Positions 39,958 through 49,915 of a stretch of 64,000 nucleotides of DNA are shown piece by piece; the first letter of the stretch is position 1; each line of letters begins with the position of its first letter. The stretch comes from Gammaproteobacteria bacterium (GTDB lineage Bacteria; Pseudomonadota; Gammaproteobacteria; Eutrophobiales; Eutrophobiaceae). The DNA lies in NCBI GenBank assembly GCA_965221695.1, contig OZ244905.1, positions 3,392,001-3,456,000 of the forward strand. The letters run 5' to 3'. The notes beneath the pieces are model-generated. The model was not told the DNA's origin, searched no databases, and worked only from the letters and a program-made list of their open reading frames with translations. The position numbers were made by a program, and so were the translations under genes.

Positions 39958-40154
39958 ATGCGTTCCCCGTATCGTGTGGCAGGCAAAATTTTACTTGTAC
40001 TATACTACAATGTTATCGATAATCTAACCCATGTAATTTGGCAGTTTCTGCTGCTTCCGGGGTCAGAGTACAACCCATGAAAATATGCGCTGTAAGCCCG
40101 CATAGCAGTAGGTTTTACTCTGCCTGATGCTATCTTAAAACTGGAGGAATAATC

Positions 40155-40925
40155 TTGCGTTTTCAGGACAAAGTTGCTCTCGTTACCGGCGGTTCATCGG
40201 GTATCGGCCAGGCCGTCGCCGGTATTCTGGCCGGGGAGGGAGGGAAAGTCGCGGTAGTATCCGGTTCCAGCCTGGAAAAAGCGCAACAGGCCATCGCATC
40301 CTTCGATAATGCCGCGCAGCTACGCTCGCGGGCCTATGTGGCCGACGTGACCGATACCGGCGCCATCAAGGATCTTGTGCAGCAGGTTGCCACTGACCTG
40401 GGGGACATAGATATCCTGGTCAACAGCGCCGGATTGTTTTATCCCACACCAGTCGATGGCGCTACCGAGGAAGCCTTCGACAGGATGATGGACGTCAACC
40501 TCAAGGCCATGTTTTTTGCCATCGCGGAAGTAGCGCCGGCGATGAAGGCCAATGGCGGTGGCAAGATTGTCAACCTGTCATCGGTGGCCGGCGTAATAGG
40601 TGTTTCCCAGCACGCCGTTTACTGCGCGAGCAAGGCCGCCGTGATCATGCTGACCCGCACGCTTGCGTTGGAACTGGCTCCATACAGGATCAATGTCAAT
40701 GCCGTCGCGCCGGGCAACACGGAAACACCGATGAACGAACCTCTGCGTAACGACCAGGCTTTCGCTGCGATGCTGGAAGGTCTGAAGCAGGCCACACCCA
40801 GCCCCAGGACATTTACCCCGCCAACTGAGATGGCCCAGTGTGTCGCTTTTCTTGCTTCCGATGCGGCCGCCTCCATGTACGGCAGCACCCTGCTGGCCGA
40901 TGAGGGGGTCTCGGCGGGTCTTTGA
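40155..40925 (+). CDS. SDR oxidoreductase
   Basis: GGAGG RBS with TTG start; 'TGGSSGIG', 'NSAG', 'YCASK'. Confidence 0.9.
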   Translation: MRFQDKVALVTGGSSGIGQAVAGILAGEGGKVAVVSGSSLEKAQQAIASFDNAAQLRSRAYVADVTDTGAIKDLVQQVATDLGDIDILVNSAGLFYPTPVDGATEEAFDRMMDVNLKAMFFAIAEVAPAMKANGGGKIVNLSSVAGVIGVSQHAVYCASKAAVIMLTRTLALELAPYRINVNAVAPGNTETPMNEPLRNDQAFAAMLEGLKQATPSPRTFTPPTEMAQCVAFLASDAAASMYGSTLLADEGVSAGL

Positions 40926-40940
40926 GCAGCGCCCGGACAA

Positions 40941-43013
40941 ATGCGAATAGCAAGCGATACCGGCGGCACTTTTACCGACCTCATTGTTGAAGATGACAAC
41001 GGCGCGGTGCGTTTATATAAATCCGCGACCGTGCCGGATGATCCGGCCGCAGGTGTGCTTGCCGGGTTGCAGCTTACCGCTGAAGATTATGCTTGCAGCC
41101 TTGCCGAACTGCTGGACCGTTGTGAACTTATCATTTATGGCACCACCCATGCGATCAACGCGGTTATCACCGGCCGTACCGCGAAAACCGCTTTTCTGGT
41201 CACCCGCGGGCATCCGGACATCCTGACCTTGCGCGAAGGGGGACGGATTGAGCCTTTCAATCACTCCGTGCCTTATCCCAAGCCTTATGTCCCCCGTTCC
41301 CTTACCTTTGAAGTCGACGGCCGTATTGATGCACAGGGAGACATCGTAATCCCGTTGGATGAGAAACGGGTGCTGGAGATAGCCGGCAGGCTGAAGCAGG
41401 AGCAAGTGGAGGCCATTGCCATCTGCCTGCTCTGGTCCATCGTCAACCCGGAGCATGAAAACCGGGTCGCGGCAATCCTGTCCGAACAGTTGCCCCAGGC
41501 GCCGATTACCATTTCCCACCGGCTCAACCCGACCATGCGCGAATATCGGCGCGCCTCTGCAACCGTCATCGATGCCTCGCTGAAACCCGTCATGAGCCGG
41601 TATCTCGGCGGACTGGAGCAACGACTCCGGAAAGCGGGTTTCAACGGCCGCCTGCTGGTACTGACGTCCCAGGGCGGCGCGATGGATGCGACGGATGTCG
41701 GCGCTGCTCCTATCCATGCCATCAACTCCGGCCCCTCAATGGCGCCGGTGGCAGGAAAACATTACGGGCGCAGCGCTGGCCACGAAGGACCTCTTATCGT
41801 CGCCGATACCGGCGGCACAACCTATGATGTGAGCCTGGTGCGCGGCGATACTATTCCATGGACCAGGGAGACCTGGATAGGTGAGCCATACCGGGGGCAC
41901 ATGACCGGGTTTCCTTCCATCGACATCCGCAGCGTGGGCGCCGGGGGAGGCTCTATAGCCTGGGTTGATGACGGTGGCGTGCTGCATGTGGGGCCGCAGA
42001 GCGCCGGCGCGGTACCCGGGCCGGTCTGTTACGACCAGGGCGGAGAACTGCCTACGGTAACCGATACCGCGCTGCTCCTGGGCTATCTGGATGCGGATTT
42101 CTTCCTCGGTGGCGCGATGCCGTTAAACGCAGACAGGGCGCGCCACGCGATCAGCGCCCATGTGGCGCAGAAGTTGGAATGCGATGTTGTGTCGGCTGCC
42201 CGGTCCGTCATTGATGTCGTCACTGAAAATATGGTTCAGGCGATCGAGTCCATCGCCATCAACCAGGGCATCGACCCGGCCGAATCCCTGCTCATCGGCG
42301 GCGGTGGCGCGGCGGGACTGAACTCCGTATTTGTGGCCCGGCGCCTGGGTTGCAGACAAGTGTGCTTCCCGGATGTGGGCGCCGCGCTCAGCGCCGCGGG
42401 CGCGCTGATCTCCGATCTCAGAAGTGAATATCGCACCATGCATTTTACGGTTTCAGACAATTTTGACTTTGATGGCGTAAACCGGGTCCTGAATGACCTC
42501 AGGCAACAGGCGGAACAGTTTATCGCCGGCGCCGGCGCGGGATCGGCCGGTACCATCAGGTTCAGCGCCGAGGCCCGTTATCCCAGCCAGGTTTGGGAAA
42601 TCGAAACGCCGCTTGCTGCGGGCAGTTTCAGTTCAGATGCGGATGTTCAACGGCTGGTTGAAGAGTTTCACCGGGTACATCGTGAAATCTTTTCCTATGC
42701 CGATATCGGTTCCGGTATTGAAATAGTGAGCTGGTGCGCGAACGTCAACTGCCGGCTGCGCGCAGATGAAATAGGGGCGCTCTCCTCGGGATCGGGGCCG
42801 GGAACTCAGGCCATCAAACAGCGCCAGGTTTATTTGCCCGCGCGCGCAGCAGACTCGATCCAGGTATTGAATTTTACCGACATCGAAATCGAACAACCCG
42901 TTGCCGGCCCAGCCATCGTTGAGACACCCCATACCTCCATCGTTATCGACCATGAGTCCCGGTTTGTCAGGACAGCATCCGGCAATCTCCTGGTAAATCT
43001 GTCGCTTGAATAA
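40941..43013 (+). CDS. Hydantoinase/oxoprolinase subunit A (ATP-binding)
   Basis: 'DTGGTFTD', 'DTGGTTYD', 'GAGGGS', 'GPQSAGAVPGP'. Confidence 0.92.
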   Translation: MRIASDTGGTFTDLIVEDDNGAVRLYKSATVPDDPAAGVLAGLQLTAEDYACSLAELLDRCELIIYGTTHAINAVITGRTAKTAFLVTRGHPDILTLREGGRIEPFNHSVPYPKPYVPRSLTFEVDGRIDAQGDIVIPLDEKRVLEIAGRLKQEQVEAIAICLLWSIVNPEHENRVAAILSEQLPQAPITISHRLNPTMREYRRASATVIDASLKPVMSRYLGGLEQRLRKAGFNGRLLVLTSQGGAMDATDVGAAPIHAINSGPSMAPVAGKHYGRSAGHEGPLIVADTGGTTYDVSLVRGDTIPWTRETWIGEPYRGHMTGFPSIDIRSVGAGGGSIAWVDDGGVLHVGPQSAGAVPGPVCYDQGGELPTVTDTALLLGYLDADFFLGGAMPLNADRARHAISAHVAQKLECDVVSAARSVIDVVTENMVQAIESIAINQGIDPAESLLIGGGGAAGLNSVFVARRLGCRQVCFPDVGAALSAAGALISDLRSEYRTMHFTVSDNFDFDGVNRVLNDLRQQAEQFIAGAGAGSAGTIRFSAEARYPSQVWEIETPLAAGSFSSDADVQRLVEEFHRVHREIFSYADIGSGIEIVSWCANVNCRLRADEIGALSSGSGPGTQAIKQRQVYLPARAADSIQVLNFTDIEIEQPVAGPAIVETPHTSIVIDHESRFVRTASGNLLVNLSLE

Positions 43014-43025
43014 GGTCAAGAAATC

Positions 43026-44798
43026 ATGAATATGAAAAAAAGAAATCAGGACCCGGATGGCGCCAGGTTAGCCGTGATCAGCCGCCGGCTCGAAGGTGTT
43101 GCCGGAAAAATGACCAACACGCTATTGCGCACTGGCCGCTCGGGCGTGCTTAATCGCGCCAGGGATTTTTCATGCTGTATTGTTACCGCAAACAATGAGT
43201 TGCTGGCTGCGGCCGAGAGCTTGCCAATTCATGTGTTATGCGGCCCGGACATGATGGCACGTTGCATGCTTGAACATCATCCGGACCTCAGGGCCGGAGA
43301 TGCGTTCCTGCATAACTCACCTTACCACGGTTGCAGCCATCCGGCGGATCACACGGCGCTTGTACCGGTGCTGGATGACCGCGGAGTCCACCGCTTCACC
43401 GTATTGGCCAAGGCCCACCAGGCTGACATCGGCAATTCCGTGCCGACCACCTACCATGCGGCTGCAAAAGATGTCTACGAAGAAGGCGCATTGATCTTCC
43501 CCGCAGTGAAGGTTGAACAGGAGTACCAGCCCGTGAATGACATTGTGCGCATGTGCCGGATGCGCATACGCCTGCCTGAGCAATGGTACGGTGATTACCT
43601 GGCGATGATCGGCGCCGCGCGTATCGGTGAGCGGGAACTGCTTGCGCTGGGCGCTGAAATTGGTTGGGATACGCTGGAATCCTATACGCGCCAATGGTTC
43701 GACTACAGCGAACAGCGGATGATCCGGGCGCTGCGCGCGTTGCCTGCGGGAACCGCTGAGACAAAGAGCGCACATGACGCGTTTCCGGGCACACCCGAAC
43801 AGGGAATCGAAGTGGTGTCGAAGGTGGCTGTTGACCCCCAGGCTGCGCGCGTCTGTGTTGACCTCACCGATAACCCGGATTGTCTGCCCTGCGGTCTCAA
43901 CCTGTCGGAGGCCTGCAGCCGATCGGCTGCCTATATCGGGGTATTCAACAGCATCGACCACACCATACCGAAGAATGCCGGGAGCTTCCGGCGTATTGAT
44001 GTCAAGCTGAGGGAAAATTGCGTCGTCGGTATACCCGTTCATCCCACGAGCTGCTCCGCCGCCACTACCAATGTCGCAGACCGGGTCGCAAACAGTACCC
44101 AGCGCGCCTTTGCGGAGATTGCCGATGGCATAGGAATGGCGGAATGCGGCGCGGTTATCCCTCCGTCCGCGGGCGTGGTATCCGGTATTGATCCGCGCAA
44201 CGGCAATGCTTATGTCAACCAGGTTTTCCTGGGATTTTCCGGTGGCGCCGCGGGACCCGAAACCGATGCCTGGATCACCGTCGGGCATGTGGGTAATGCC
44301 GGTATGTGTTACCAGGACAGCGTGGAGCTTGTTGAACTCTACCATCCGATCAGGGTTCGGGCGCGCCACTTCATCGCTGACTCCGAAGGCGCAGGCCGTA
44401 GCATCGGCGCGCCCGGCGTCAGGGTGGAATTCGGACCGGCCGGCAACGACATGGAGATCGGCTATGTCAGCGACGGCGCCGTCAACGCGCCATTGGGGGT
44501 GCGCGGAGGACTCAGTGGTTGCCCGTCAGACCAGTACGTAGAACATGCCGACGGCAGCGCCAGCGCCTTGCCCGCTTGCGCCCAGGAGATCATCAGCGAC
44601 GGTGACACGCTGATCTCCATATCCTGCGGTGGTGGCGGTTATGGCGAACCCCGGCGGCGCGATCCGGACAAGGTCGCGGAAAATGTCAGGGACGGCTGGA
44701 TAACGGTTGGCAGGGCTCGGGAAATCTACAAGGTGGCCATCGACGCCTCCGGCAATGTCGATATCAATGCCACGGAGATGCTCAGGGCAGACGGATAG
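43026..44798 (+). CDS. Hydantoinase/oxoprolinase subunit B
   Basis: 'RDFSC', 'HNSPY...H..D', 'KAHQADIG', 'GGGGYG.P'. Confidence 0.92.
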   Translation: MNMKKRNQDPDGARLAVISRRLEGVAGKMTNTLLRTGRSGVLNRARDFSCCIVTANNELLAAAESLPIHVLCGPDMMARCMLEHHPDLRAGDAFLHNSPYHGCSHPADHTALVPVLDDRGVHRFTVLAKAHQADIGNSVPTTYHAAAKDVYEEGALIFPAVKVEQEYQPVNDIVRMCRMRIRLPEQWYGDYLAMIGAARIGERELLALGAEIGWDTLESYTRQWFDYSEQRMIRALRALPAGTAETKSAHDAFPGTPEQGIEVVSKVAVDPQAARVCVDLTDNPDCLPCGLNLSEACSRSAAYIGVFNSIDHTIPKNAGSFRRIDVKLRENCVVGIPVHPTSCSAATTNVADRVANSTQRAFAEIADGIGMAECGAVIPPSAGVVSGIDPRNGNAYVNQVFLGFSGGAAGPETDAWITVGHVGNAGMCYQDSVELVELYHPIRVRARHFIADSEGAGRSIGAPGVRVEFGPAGNDMEIGYVSDGAVNAPLGVRGGLSGCPSDQYVEHADGSASALPACAQEIISDGDTLISISCGGGGYGEPRRRDPDKVAENVRDGWITVGRAREIYKVAIDASGNVDINATEMLRADG

Positions 44799-44827
44799 CC
44801 AAACAGACTTGGCAGCTCAACCCCATC

Positions 44828-45823
44828 TTAATGCCATACTTGCGCGCAGATGCGCAGGTAGTTCTCTCCGAGTATCTTGCGTATGCCCTGCTCACCGTAG
44901 CCAGCCTTCAGCATTTGCTCTGTCAATGGCAGCACGGTTTCAGGTATTGCCGTATTGATGCCGGGCCAGTCAGGATCAGCGGCTTCCGGCCACTCATCCG
45001 GCCGGTCACGCATGTAGTCGTTGACAATTCCCGCATCGAACAGGTAATCGAGCCCCAGTCCGGCATGTTCCGGGCCCACCAGTTGCACGATGTGGTCCAG
45101 GTGACTGAACAGGGTCTCGGCCCGGCATTCCCGGTCGCCGTGGTACATGCTGCTGCTGGGTATGCCGAGGAGTCCCCCGGTGGCCGCACAGGCGCGGATT
45201 TCCTCGTCACTGATATTGCGGGGATGTTCGAATACGGCTTTCACGTTGCAGTGGGTATAAAGGCAGGGTTGTGCGGAAATTTCGATTGCCTCCATGGCTG
45301 TGCGATGACCGACATGACTCAGATCCAGCAACATGCCTACCCGTTCAAATTCGCGGATCAAGCTCTTGCCATGTCCGGTTAAACCGCCATCATTTTCATC
45401 CATCGCGCCGCCGCCTGCGCTATTGGCATTGTTAAATGCCAGGATGGCCTGTCGAATACCCAGCTTGTAGTAGACTTCCACCATATCCAGGTTGCGCTCG
45501 AAACAGCGTGACCCTTCGAAGTGCAGCAGGACGCCTAGCTTGTCCGTGGCGATGGCGCTGCGAATATCTGCTACCGATTCGCATAATAACACGTGGTCCA
45601 TCGCCAGCAGTTCGCGCCGCGCCTTTGCAATCTTCTGCACCGCCTCGGAAATATTCTCATTGTCGCCGGCGATGGTGGCGGAGATCACATTGAAACCGGC
45701 GGCCTTGAATCGTTCCAGCTTGTCAAAGCCGTTCCCGGCCCAAGGCTCCCAGGGCCAGACCATGTCCCAGACAACAGCATCGTCGTAAAGCTGCTGCGCC
45801 GCGCCGCTGTACTCAGCGCTCAT
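44828..45823 (-). CDS. Membrane dipeptidase (M19 / renal dipeptidase-like amidohydrolase)
   Basis: 'HFEG', 'DLSH', 'THCN', 'PRNISD', 'GLGLD', 'KILGENY'. Confidence 0.88.
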   Translation of the reverse strand: MSAEYSGAAQQLYDDAVVWDMVWPWEPWAGNGFDKLERFKAAGFNVISATIAGDNENISEAVQKIAKARRELLAMDHVLLCESVADIRSAIATDKLGVLLHFEGSRCFERNLDMVEVYYKLGIRQAILAFNNANSAGGGAMDENDGGLTGHGKSLIREFERVGMLLDLSHVGHRTAMEAIEISAQPCLYTHCNVKAVFEHPRNISDEEIRACAATGGLLGIPSSSMYHGDRECRAETLFSHLDHIVQLVGPEHAGLGLDYLFDAGIVNDYMRDRPDEWPEAADPDWPGINTAIPETVLPLTEQMLKAGYGEQGIRKILGENYLRICAQVWH

Positions 45824-45839
45824 ATATCAGATATTCAGG

Positions 45840-48047
45840 CTAGAAACTGTAGCTGATACTGCCGCCGAACCAGCGCGGCCTGTTGTAACCTGCCTCGGTC
45901 CAGCCGACGAAGTCAGACGCGTCAAACCCTACCGTGCGATGCCTCTCATCCGTCAGGTTCTTGCCGTAGAAGGCGACTTCCCAGTGCTCGTCGGCGCTCA
46001 GCCAGCTTACCCGCGCGCCCAGCAGTGTATGGTCATCCGAGTACGTGGAGCTGAAGTTGGAAACCGAGAAGTAAAAATCGCTGTTGTGCTGTATGTCGCC
46101 CTGAATGGTCAGCCTGCCGTTTGCCAGCGGGAAACTTTGCCGGGCCACTGCGAACACGGTCCATTCGCTGTTGAACGGCGGCTTGCGATCGGCAATGGCG
46201 GCGCCCGCGGCGTTGGATACCAGCACATCCTTAATCTCGAAATCCGTGTAGGCGACGCCGATACGGATATCAGTCATATCTGTCGGGCTGAAGTTGAGGA
46301 CGATTTCTCCGCCGATGGCATCCGCCTCGTTGTTAGTCGTGACCGTCGCAAAGTTCTCGAATTTGAAAGACTGGTAATCCTCGTAATCATAATAAAAGAC
46401 TGAACCGTTCAACTGGGCGCGGCCATTCATCAGCGTCAGCTTGGCGCCAAGCTCGAAGGCATCCAGTTTCTCTTCGTCATAGGGCACTTCGTTATCGGGT
46501 GGGGTGGCGCCGCCGGCGAATGGCGCGTTATAGCTGCCCGCCTTGGTGCCGCGGTTGTACCCGGCATACAGCAACATGTCATCATTGGGCCGAAATTCCG
46601 CCTGCAGTTTCCAGGTATACAACCAGTCGCCGCGCGCGTCTTCATAAGTGCGGAGGCCGGGTACTAGCAACGCGTAATCGGGTGGCAAGCTTAATACATC
46701 AGCCCGGTATACATAGTCCTTTTCCTCCCGAGTGGCGCGGAAACCACCGACCAGCGTCACCTGTTCGGAAATATCGTATTCCATTTGGCCGAACAGCGAG
46801 TAGCTGTCGGTATCCAGTTGTGTGGGAGCGTTGGTGGTGATGCCGCCCAGGGTATACAGTTCCTGGTAGGCCTGATGCTCGTTGGCTTCAAGACTCAGGT
46901 AGTAAAAACCCGTGGTCAGACGCGAGCGTTCTGATTCCATATACAAGCGCAACTCCTGGGACACCGTTTCTATGCGGGCTTTCGAGTCAGAGGTAATCGT
47001 GTCATTGGGGCCGGCGTCGTTATCCAGTATCAGGCGAAAGGTCGTGCGGTGGAAGTCGGTTACCGAGGTCAGTTCGGCCCAGTCAAGATCGATATCAATG
47101 CGGGCGGTGGCGCCGCCGACACGGTAGTAACCCCCGTCATTGCGGGCCTGGTTCGCATTGATTTCCAGGTCGTTTACGTTTGAACGCGGGGAAGAAGCAA
47201 ATACCGGGGCGACATCGGGCAAACCCGTGTCGACGGAATCAGGTATGCCGTCGGCGCCGATAACACTCATCGTGGGATAGGAGAGATAAGGTCCCCAGCT
47301 CTGGTCCACATCGTTGTAGCTGCCGGTCAGGAGGATGTCAATATCTTCGTTGGGTTGAAAGGCCAGGTGGGCGCGCACACCGTATGTTTCATGTCCGCCG
47401 AGGTCTTCACCCACGGGATGCAGGTTCTTTACCCAGCCGTTCTGTGTATCGAATATGCCGGCTATCCGCCCTTGTACATTATCAGACAGGGCCCCACCGA
47501 TGGCTGCCTCAACCTTGACGCTGTCGTATGAACCGTATCCGGCCCGAAGGTAACCCTCGGTTTCTTCCGTCGGCTTGCGTGAACTGATGCTCACCAATCC
47601 GCCGGTAGCGTTGCGTCCGAATAAGGTGCCCTGCGGCCCTTTCAGCACCTCGACGCGTTCCAGGTCGAACAGACCCACGCCGGCCGCATTGTTCGCGGCC
47701 AGGTAGCCTTCATCCATGTACACCGCCACCGGCGGTTCGGCTTGAAAGGCAAAGTCCTGTTGGGTGACGCCCCTGATCGCGAATGTCGTGGACTGGCCGG
47801 CAAAACTGCCTGCCAGGTTGACCCCCGGTGTTACCAGCGCGATATCCGGCGCCGTTTCCAGCCCCAGCCTGTCTATGGTATCACCGCTGATGGCAGTCAG
47901 CGTAATGGCCACGTCATCGGCGCTCTGGGCGCGTTTCTGCGCGGTAACGATTACCTCTTCCAGCGCGCTCTGTGACCAGGCCGTCGTGAAGAATACAATC
48001 GTCGTGATTACAGCAAGTGAGCGTATAATCAGTATCTGGTTTTTCAT
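45840..48047 (-). CDS. TonB-dependent receptor
   Basis: 'LEEVIVTAQKR', 'RVEVLKGPQGTLFGRN', terminal 'SYSF'. Confidence 0.93.
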   Translation of the reverse strand: MKNQILIIRSLAVITTIVFFTTAWSQSALEEVIVTAQKRAQSADDVAITLTAISGDTIDRLGLETAPDIALVTPGVNLAGSFAGQSTTFAIRGVTQQDFAFQAEPPVAVYMDEGYLAANNAAGVGLFDLERVEVLKGPQGTLFGRNATGGLVSISSRKPTEETEGYLRAGYGSYDSVKVEAAIGGALSDNVQGRIAGIFDTQNGWVKNLHPVGEDLGGHETYGVRAHLAFQPNEDIDILLTGSYNDVDQSWGPYLSYPTMSVIGADGIPDSVDTGLPDVAPVFASSPRSNVNDLEINANQARNDGGYYRVGGATARIDIDLDWAELTSVTDFHRTTFRLILDNDAGPNDTITSDSKARIETVSQELRLYMESERSRLTTGFYYLSLEANEHQAYQELYTLGGITTNAPTQLDTDSYSLFGQMEYDISEQVTLVGGFRATREEKDYVYRADVLSLPPDYALLVPGLRTYEDARGDWLYTWKLQAEFRPNDDMLLYAGYNRGTKAGSYNAPFAGGATPPDNEVPYDEEKLDAFELGAKLTLMNGRAQLNGSVFYYDYEDYQSFKFENFATVTTNNEADAIGGEIVLNFSPTDMTDIRIGVAYTDFEIKDVLVSNAAGAAIADRKPPFNSEWTVFAVARQSFPLANGRLTIQGDIQHNSDFYFSVSNFSSTYSDDHTLLGARVSWLSADEHWEVAFYGKNLTDERHRTVGFDASDFVGWTEAGYNRPRWFGGSISYSF

Positions 48048-48089
48048 TTTACTCTCCCACGTAAGTTGTATCGATATAAACTGTTTTAG

Positions 48090-48118
48090 GGAACCTCTGA
48101 TTAAGTCTCAGAGCTTCC
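48090..48118. mobile_element. Short inverted-repeat element (29 bp) with TTAG flanking direct repeat
   Basis: TTAG|GGAACCTCTGA-TTAAGTC-TCAGAGCTTCC|TTAG. Confidence 0.85.
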
Positions 48119-48134
48119 TTAGTTACCTTGGTTG

Positions 48135-49910
48135 TTACATAAAATAATTGTCCACGGGCGCCATTATGCTTTCCGACCCGGATTGCAGCACGGCCATGTG
48201 CCCGTGAATCATCGGAAGTACCCGCTGCATGAAAAAACGGGCGCTCAACAATTTGGATTTGTAAAATTCCCGGTTCTCCCCATTTGCCGCGCGGTCCAAG
48301 GCAATTGTCGCGATTTGCCCCCATACCCAGGCAAACAGCGTAAGACCGAAGATGCGCTGGTATTCCGTCCCCGAAGCCCCATAAATATCCGGGTCTTCCC
48401 CACCCCTGGTTTCCAGCCAGGATGTCGCCTGCTCCAGCAGACTCAAGGCCTGGGCCAGGGGTTCGGTAATTTCCGGCAGACCGGGATACCGTTTGACAAA
48501 TTCTGCGACATCGTTCACAAAAGACCGGTACGCGTTAGCCTGGCGGCCGAATACCCGTCTGAGCAACAGGTCCAGCGCCAGGATGCCGTTGGCCCCCTCC
48601 TGGATCTGGGCTAACCTGACATCCCTGACCAGTTGTTCCATGCCGTTGTCGCGCATATAACCATGACCACCAAAGATCTGCATACAGTCATTGCAGGCAT
48701 TGAAACCAAAATCGCTCATGATGGATTTGACTGCGGGCGTGAACAGGGCAAGCCGGTCAAGAGCCTGGCGTCGTCGTTCCTCGTTGGGGTGCCGCCAGGA
48801 TATATCGATCTCCAGCGCCAGCCATAAATACACGGCCCGCCCCACCTCCGTAAAGGCGCGGGTCGATAATAACATACGTCTCACGTCAGGGTGTACGATA
48901 ATGGGATCAGCCGGCTTGTCGGGATAGCGCGTGCCCGTCAGAGCCCTGCCCTGTAAACGCTCCATGGCATAGCCGGCGGCATTCTGGTAAGCTAGCTCGG
49001 CGGCGCACAAACCCTGGGACGCGGTCATCAGGCGCGCCAGGTTTACCATGACAAACATACAATTCAGTCCCTTGCCCTCGTCACCGATACGCCATGCTTG
49101 CGCGTTATCAAAGGCCATCTGGCAGGTTGCGGAGCCTTTGTAGCCCATCTTGTTTTCCAGTCGTACCGGGCTTATCGCATTCCGTTTGCCGCCGCTATCC
49201 GGCAACAGTTTCGGCGCCAGGAACAGGCTCAGTCCCTTCGGCCCCGGTTCTGCTCCCGCTACCCGGGCCAGCACGGTATGAACAATATTATCGGTCAGGT
49301 CGTGATCGCCACCGGAGATAAAAATCTTCGCGCCGTTCAGCAGGTAGCTGCCGTCAGACTGTGCTTCTGCCCGGGTTTTTATCAGACCGACATCGGTGCC
49401 GCAATGGGGTTCTGTCATACACATGGTAGCCGCGAGCGAACCGTCAGTCAGACCCGGCAGATAACGGGCCTGTAAATCCTGATCTGCATGTGTCCGCAAT
49501 AACAGGTAGGCCATTGCATTGAGGCCCGCATAATCACCGAAAGCGATGCTGGACGAGGAAATATATTCCTGTATCGCGAAGTAGATAAAACAGGGCAAGC
49601 CCAGTCCACCATGCTCCGGTTCGCATACCACTCCCGGCCAACCGGCCTCGGCAAAAGCCGTCCAGGCGACTTTAAGTTCGGCAGGTGTTGTCACCTGCCC
49701 ATTAGCCAGCCGGCAACCTTGCTCATCGAGCAGTTGGTTGATGGGATGGATCGCCGTTTCACAAAACCCGGCTGCGGCATTCAGAATCATCCGTAAGTCG
49801 CCCATATCCAGTTCAGCATAACCCTCCAGTTCCTGCAACAGCGTTTCCACCTGCAGCAGCTCCCTGAGCACAAAAGTCGTATCCTCTACGGGCGCCCGGT
49901 AACTCGGCAT
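48135..49910 (-). CDS. Acyl-CoA dehydrogenase (long DmdC-like type)
   Basis: 'TMCMTEPHCGTD', 'KIFISGGDHD', 'KMG', 'QIFGGHGY', 'IQEGANG'. Confidence 0.92.
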   Translation of the reverse strand: MPSYRAPVEDTTFVLRELLQVETLLQELEGYAELDMGDLRMILNAAAGFCETAIHPINQLLDEQGCRLANGQVTTPAELKVAWTAFAEAGWPGVVCEPEHGGLGLPCFIYFAIQEYISSSSIAFGDYAGLNAMAYLLLRTHADQDLQARYLPGLTDGSLAATMCMTEPHCGTDVGLIKTRAEAQSDGSYLLNGAKIFISGGDHDLTDNIVHTVLARVAGAEPGPKGLSLFLAPKLLPDSGGKRNAISPVRLENKMGYKGSATCQMAFDNAQAWRIGDEGKGLNCMFVMVNLARLMTASQGLCAAELAYQNAAGYAMERLQGRALTGTRYPDKPADPIIVHPDVRRMLLSTRAFTEVGRAVYLWLALEIDISWRHPNEERRRQALDRLALFTPAVKSIMSDFGFNACNDCMQIFGGHGYMRDNGMEQLVRDVRLAQIQEGANGILALDLLLRRVFGRQANAYRSFVNDVAEFVKRYPGLPEITEPLAQALSLLEQATSWLETRGGEDPDIYGASGTEYQRIFGLTLFAWVWGQIATIALDRAANGENREFYKSKLLSARFFMQRVLPMIHGHMAVLQSGSESIMAPVDNYFM

Positions 49911-49915
49911 AATGC

